Below are positions 60,884 through 64,000 of a stretch of 64,000 nt of DNA, one piece after another. The number at the start of each line of letters is the position of its first letter. Position 1 is the first letter of the stretch. A program made the translations under genes and the position numbers. The stretch is taken from contig CBDFKD010000002.1 of assembly GCA_965248695.1 (NCBI GenBank), positions 4,064,001 to 4,128,000 on the forward strand. Direction: 5' to 3'. This stretch comes from Acidobacteriota bacterium. GTDB taxonomy: Bacteria; Acidobacteriota; UBA890; WLXD01. The notes under the pieces were generated by a model, which did no database searches, was not told the DNA's origin, and saw only the letters and a program-made list of their open reading frames with translations.

Positions 60884-63448
60884 ATGTTGATGACCTTTGA
60901 ACAAACCTGGCCGCTGCTGCTGCTACCGGCGGTGGCGGGCCTATGGTGGGTGCGGAAGCACACCATCATCGAGTTTCATCGGCGTCAGCTTGATCTGATG
61001 TTGCTGCTGCGCGGTGTGGCGCTGGTGTTGGTGATTCTGGCGATGAGTCAGCCGGTCTTGCATCGCTCCGGCTCGTGGTTGTCGGTCGTCTATCTGCTCG
61101 ACGTTTCGCACAGTGTCCGGCCTCGAGCCGTTGACGAGGCGATCACCTGGGTACAGGAGGCTGTCGACACCGGCGAGGCAGACGTGTCCGGCTTCTTCGC
61201 CTTCGGCGGCAACGCGATCCAGGCCGATGACGCCGCCGGGCTGCGCGAGGTCCGGGTCGCGGACGGCGCCGCCTTCGGCGCTGTCGACCGCTCGGCCACC
61301 AACCTCGCGGCGGCGATCGAGCGCGGCCTCGTGGCGCTGCCGCCGCACCATGTTCCGCATCTCGTTCTGCTGACCGATGGCCAGGGCAACCGCGGTGACT
61401 TCGATCGTGCCGTCGATCGCCTGCGCCTCGATGGTGTACGCACCTACACGCGCACGACGAAGGCACGTGACCGTGCCGACGCTTGGATCGACGATGTCGA
61501 TTCCGAAGACACCGTCACCGCGGGGCTACCGTTTGCGTTGCGCGTGGAGCTGTTCGCACAGGTCGCAGTCGAGGGGACGCTCATCGTGGCTCAGGATCGC
61601 CGCGTTCTGTCCTCGGAGGTCTTGCAGCTGTCGCCCGGCTCGACGGTGGTGGAGCCCCGGCCGGTCCTCGAGGAGGGCGGGCCGGCAGTGGTCGACGTGG
61701 TGCTCCAAATCGACGGGGACCCGGAGCCGGAGAACAATGTCGTCCAGCTGGCAGTCCACGCCGCCGAGCGGCCGCGTCTGCTATATGTCGAAGGACGCGG
61801 AGGCTCGGCCGACTACCTGCGCGATGCTCTCCAGGAAGGGGGCTTCGATGTCGAGCTCGAGTTGCCCTGGAACCTGCCCACCGATCCTCGCCGACTCGAG
61901 CGCTATGCCGCCATGATCCTCAGCGACGTCGACCCGCGACTGCTCAGCATTCCGGCGATGAACGCGATCGAGAGCTATGTCTCCGATCACGGCGGCGGGC
62001 TGTTGTTGGCGGGTGGAGAGTCGGTATACGGCGAAGACGGCTACGCCGACACGCCGATCGAGCGTGCGCTGCCGATCTGGTTCAAGGCCGAGCGTAAGCC
62101 CAAGGATCTCGTGTTGGTGATCGCGTTGGACAAGTCCTACAGCATGGTCGGCGACAAGATGGCACTCGCCAAGGAGGCATCCAAGGCCGCCCTCGATTTG
62201 CTCGAGGAGGAGCAACAGTACGGCCTGCTGGCCTTCGACTATCACTTCTACTGGCCAGTGCCCATCCAGCTGGCGCGCGGCAAGGATCGCTTGCGCGAGC
62301 GTATCTCGGCGATCGAGGCGAGCTCGCCGACCAATATCTACCCGGCCCTGCAGGACGTGTTCCTGTCGCTGCAGCAGACCGAGGCCGAAGTGAAGCACGT
62401 GATCCTGTTGTCGGACGGCAAGACCTATGAGGATGACTACGAGGGCTTGGTCACCGAGATGACCGAGCGAGACATCACCGTCTCGACGGTAGCGGTGGGC
62501 GGCAAGGCCGACCGTGAGCTGCTTGCCAACATCGCTACTTGGGGCGATGGGCGCAGCTACTTCATCGACGATCCGACGCGTGTGCCCGAGATCTTCGTGG
62601 ATGAGACGCAGAAGGCGCAGGGCATCACGCTCGAGGAGGATGACGAGGTTCAACTCGAAGTGCGTAAGCCCATCGAGGCGCTGGCCGGTCTGGAGATGGA
62701 TACTGCTCCAGCGCTGCTGGGCTACGTGCGCACGATGTCGAAGGACAACGCCGAGCTGGTTCTCGACACCGGCGAGGACGGGGATCCGATTCTGGTGCGC
62801 TGGCAGTACGGTCTCGGACGGTCGGTGTTCTTCGCTGCCGATGTTAAGAACCGCTGGTCGGCGCCGTGGTTGGAGTGGGATGGCTACGGCAAATTCTGGG
62901 TCCAGCTGGTGCGCGAAGCGATGCGGCAGGACGCGTTCAAGCAACCGAGCTTCACGGCGTCGCGGGACCACGCCGGCGCGCGCCTGCAGCTCGAGCTCGT
63001 CGACGGCTCCGGACGCCACAGGAACGCCCTACGACCGACCGTGACCGCTACCATCGGTGAAGAGGAGTCGGAGATTGAGCTGGCACAGGTTGCGCCGGGG
63101 CGCTACGAAGCACGTTTGCCCTTGGCCGCCGACGACGAAGCGAAGTTCCGGTGGTCGGAACGCGATGCGGCGATCGAGCGCACGCTGGTGCCTGTAGCGA
63201 GCGAGGAGCGACGCTACCGACCAGCGGATGACGAGGCTCTGCGCGGCCTCGCCACGGCAACCGGAGGCGTGCACGATCCGGAGCTGGACCAGCTATTCGA
63301 CCCGGGGGATCAGACCGTGACCCGCCCCTTGCGCCTGTGGCCCGGACTCGCTGTGCTGGCGTTGGTTCTCTACCTGGTGAACATGTTGCTGCGGCGCGTT
63401 CGCGTGTTTCGCGACGACGGTAGTCTGGTGGGCTCATCCGCGTCCTGA
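60884..63448 (+). CDS. Double-VWA / GATase1-like membrane protein
   Basis: MIDAS motifs DVSHS and DKSYS, LLTDG/LLSDG, GGGLLLAGG, WQYGLGRS and LATATGG. Confidence 0.85.
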   Translation: MLMTFEQTWPLLLLPAVAGLWWVRKHTIIEFHRRQLDLMLLLRGVALVLVILAMSQPVLHRSGSWLSVVYLLDVSHSVRPRAVDEAITWVQEAVDTGEADVSGFFAFGGNAIQADDAAGLREVRVADGAAFGAVDRSATNLAAAIERGLVALPPHHVPHLVLLTDGQGNRGDFDRAVDRLRLDGVRTYTRTTKARDRADAWIDDVDSEDTVTAGLPFALRVELFAQVAVEGTLIVAQDRRVLSSEVLQLSPGSTVVEPRPVLEEGGPAVVDVVLQIDGDPEPENNVVQLAVHAAERPRLLYVEGRGGSADYLRDALQEGGFDVELELPWNLPTDPRRLERYAAMILSDVDPRLLSIPAMNAIESYVSDHGGGLLLAGGESVYGEDGYADTPIERALPIWFKAERKPKDLVLVIALDKSYSMVGDKMALAKEASKAALDLLEEEQQYGLLAFDYHFYWPVPIQLARGKDRLRERISAIEASSPTNIYPALQDVFLSLQQTEAEVKHVILLSDGKTYEDDYEGLVTEMTERDITVSTVAVGGKADRELLANIATWGDGRSYFIDDPTRVPEIFVDETQKAQGITLEEDDEVQLEVRKPIEALAGLEMDTAPALLGYVRTMSKDNAELVLDTGEDGDPILVRWQYGLGRSVFFAADVKNRWSAPWLEWDGYGKFWVQLVREAMRQDAFKQPSFTASRDHAGARLQLELVDGSGRHRNALRPTVTATIGEEESEIELAQVAPGRYEARLPLAADDEAKFRWSERDAAIERTLVPVASEERRYRPADDEALRGLATATGGVHDPELDQLFDPGDQTVTRPLRLWPGLAVLALVLYLVNMLLRRVRVFRDDGSLVGSSAS

Positions 63449-63506
63449 CGGCTCGCGGGAAAGCGCCTCGTAGGCCCAGGACAGCGCGGGCCCGGGACAG
63501 TGCCCC

Positions 63507-64000
63507 TCAGTGGCGCCGGATGCGGACGGCTCCCTGCAGGGTCTCGATGCTGATGTCCGCATCGCCGCTGCCGGTGCGGAACGACAGCTCCTGCGACGGC
63601 ACCCAGCGGCTCGTGCGTCTTGGTTGCTCGCCGAAGTCGTTGGCGATCTCCCCCATCATCGTTTCGATATCGAAGCTCGCCGAAACGTCGGCGGGGAGCA
63701 GCAGTTCGACGCTGCCGTTCACTGCCTCGAAGTTGAGATCAGCCCCCGGGGCCACATCGCCCTCGAAACGGATCTCCCCGTTGACCGTTTCGAAGTTGCC
63801 TTCCATCAGCGATGCGGTGCTGGCGATGATCGACCCGGTCACCGACGTCAGCTCGATCGTTGTGGCGTTGCCGGAGTACTCAATCCCGCCGGTGATGGTC
63901 TCGATCTCGATGGCGCCATCGACCTGATCGACGTATACCGACGCGGTAATACCGTTGATCTCCAGCGTCGCGCCATGCGGCACCCGAATCTCGAGCGTGA
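63507..64000 (-). CDS. DUF4097/putative adhesin beta-repeat protein, 5'-truncated by window edge
   Basis: Repeats ETITGGI, TSVTGSI, ETVNGEI, EAVNGSV, ETMMGEI and ETLQGAV. Confidence 0.8.
   Translation of the reverse strand, partial: TLEIRVPHGATLEINGITASVYVDQVDGAIEIETITGGIEYSGNATTIELTSVTGSIIASTASLMEGNFETVNGEIRFEGDVAPGADLNFEAVNGSVELLLPADVSASFDIETMMGEIANDFGEQPRRTSRWVPSQELSFRTGSGDADISIETLQGAVRIRRH

Overview
GC-rich bacterial DNA, probably Acidobacteriota, inferred from an Acidobacteria-type VWA protein and many secreted or lipoprotein hydrolases. About 1-48.9 kb is an accessory, decaying region of catabolic genes: amidohydrolases, PQQ dehydrogenases, serine hydrolases, a type III-like glutamine synthetase, a Rieske oxygenase, and VOC/NTF2/cupin proteins. 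It carries three apparently identical IS3-family copies, a second IS3-family element, two IS256-family elements, and three very short IS3-end remnants (33, 44 and 124 bp). The most notable non-coding signal is a set of five co-oriented 3' fragments of one tRNA-Leu(CAA) at 13202, 19573, 38756, 38801 and 42767. Some are accompanied by IHF-consensus boxes or 12-bp-period tandem repeats. I found neither an integrase nor the intact tRNA in the window, so this looks like a tandem array of integrase-less cargo modules accreted at a tRNA att site. An integron-cassette-like VOC gene follows. From about 49 to 64 kb the window looks more core-like: ECF sigma/anti-sigma/DUF4331/TPR, a sulfatase-like gene, a damaged HMG-CoA synthase, and a MoxR-DUF58-BatA-VWA operon. 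Four +1 C/G insertions may be sequencing errors. All family calls come from motif recognition by eye; no searches were run.
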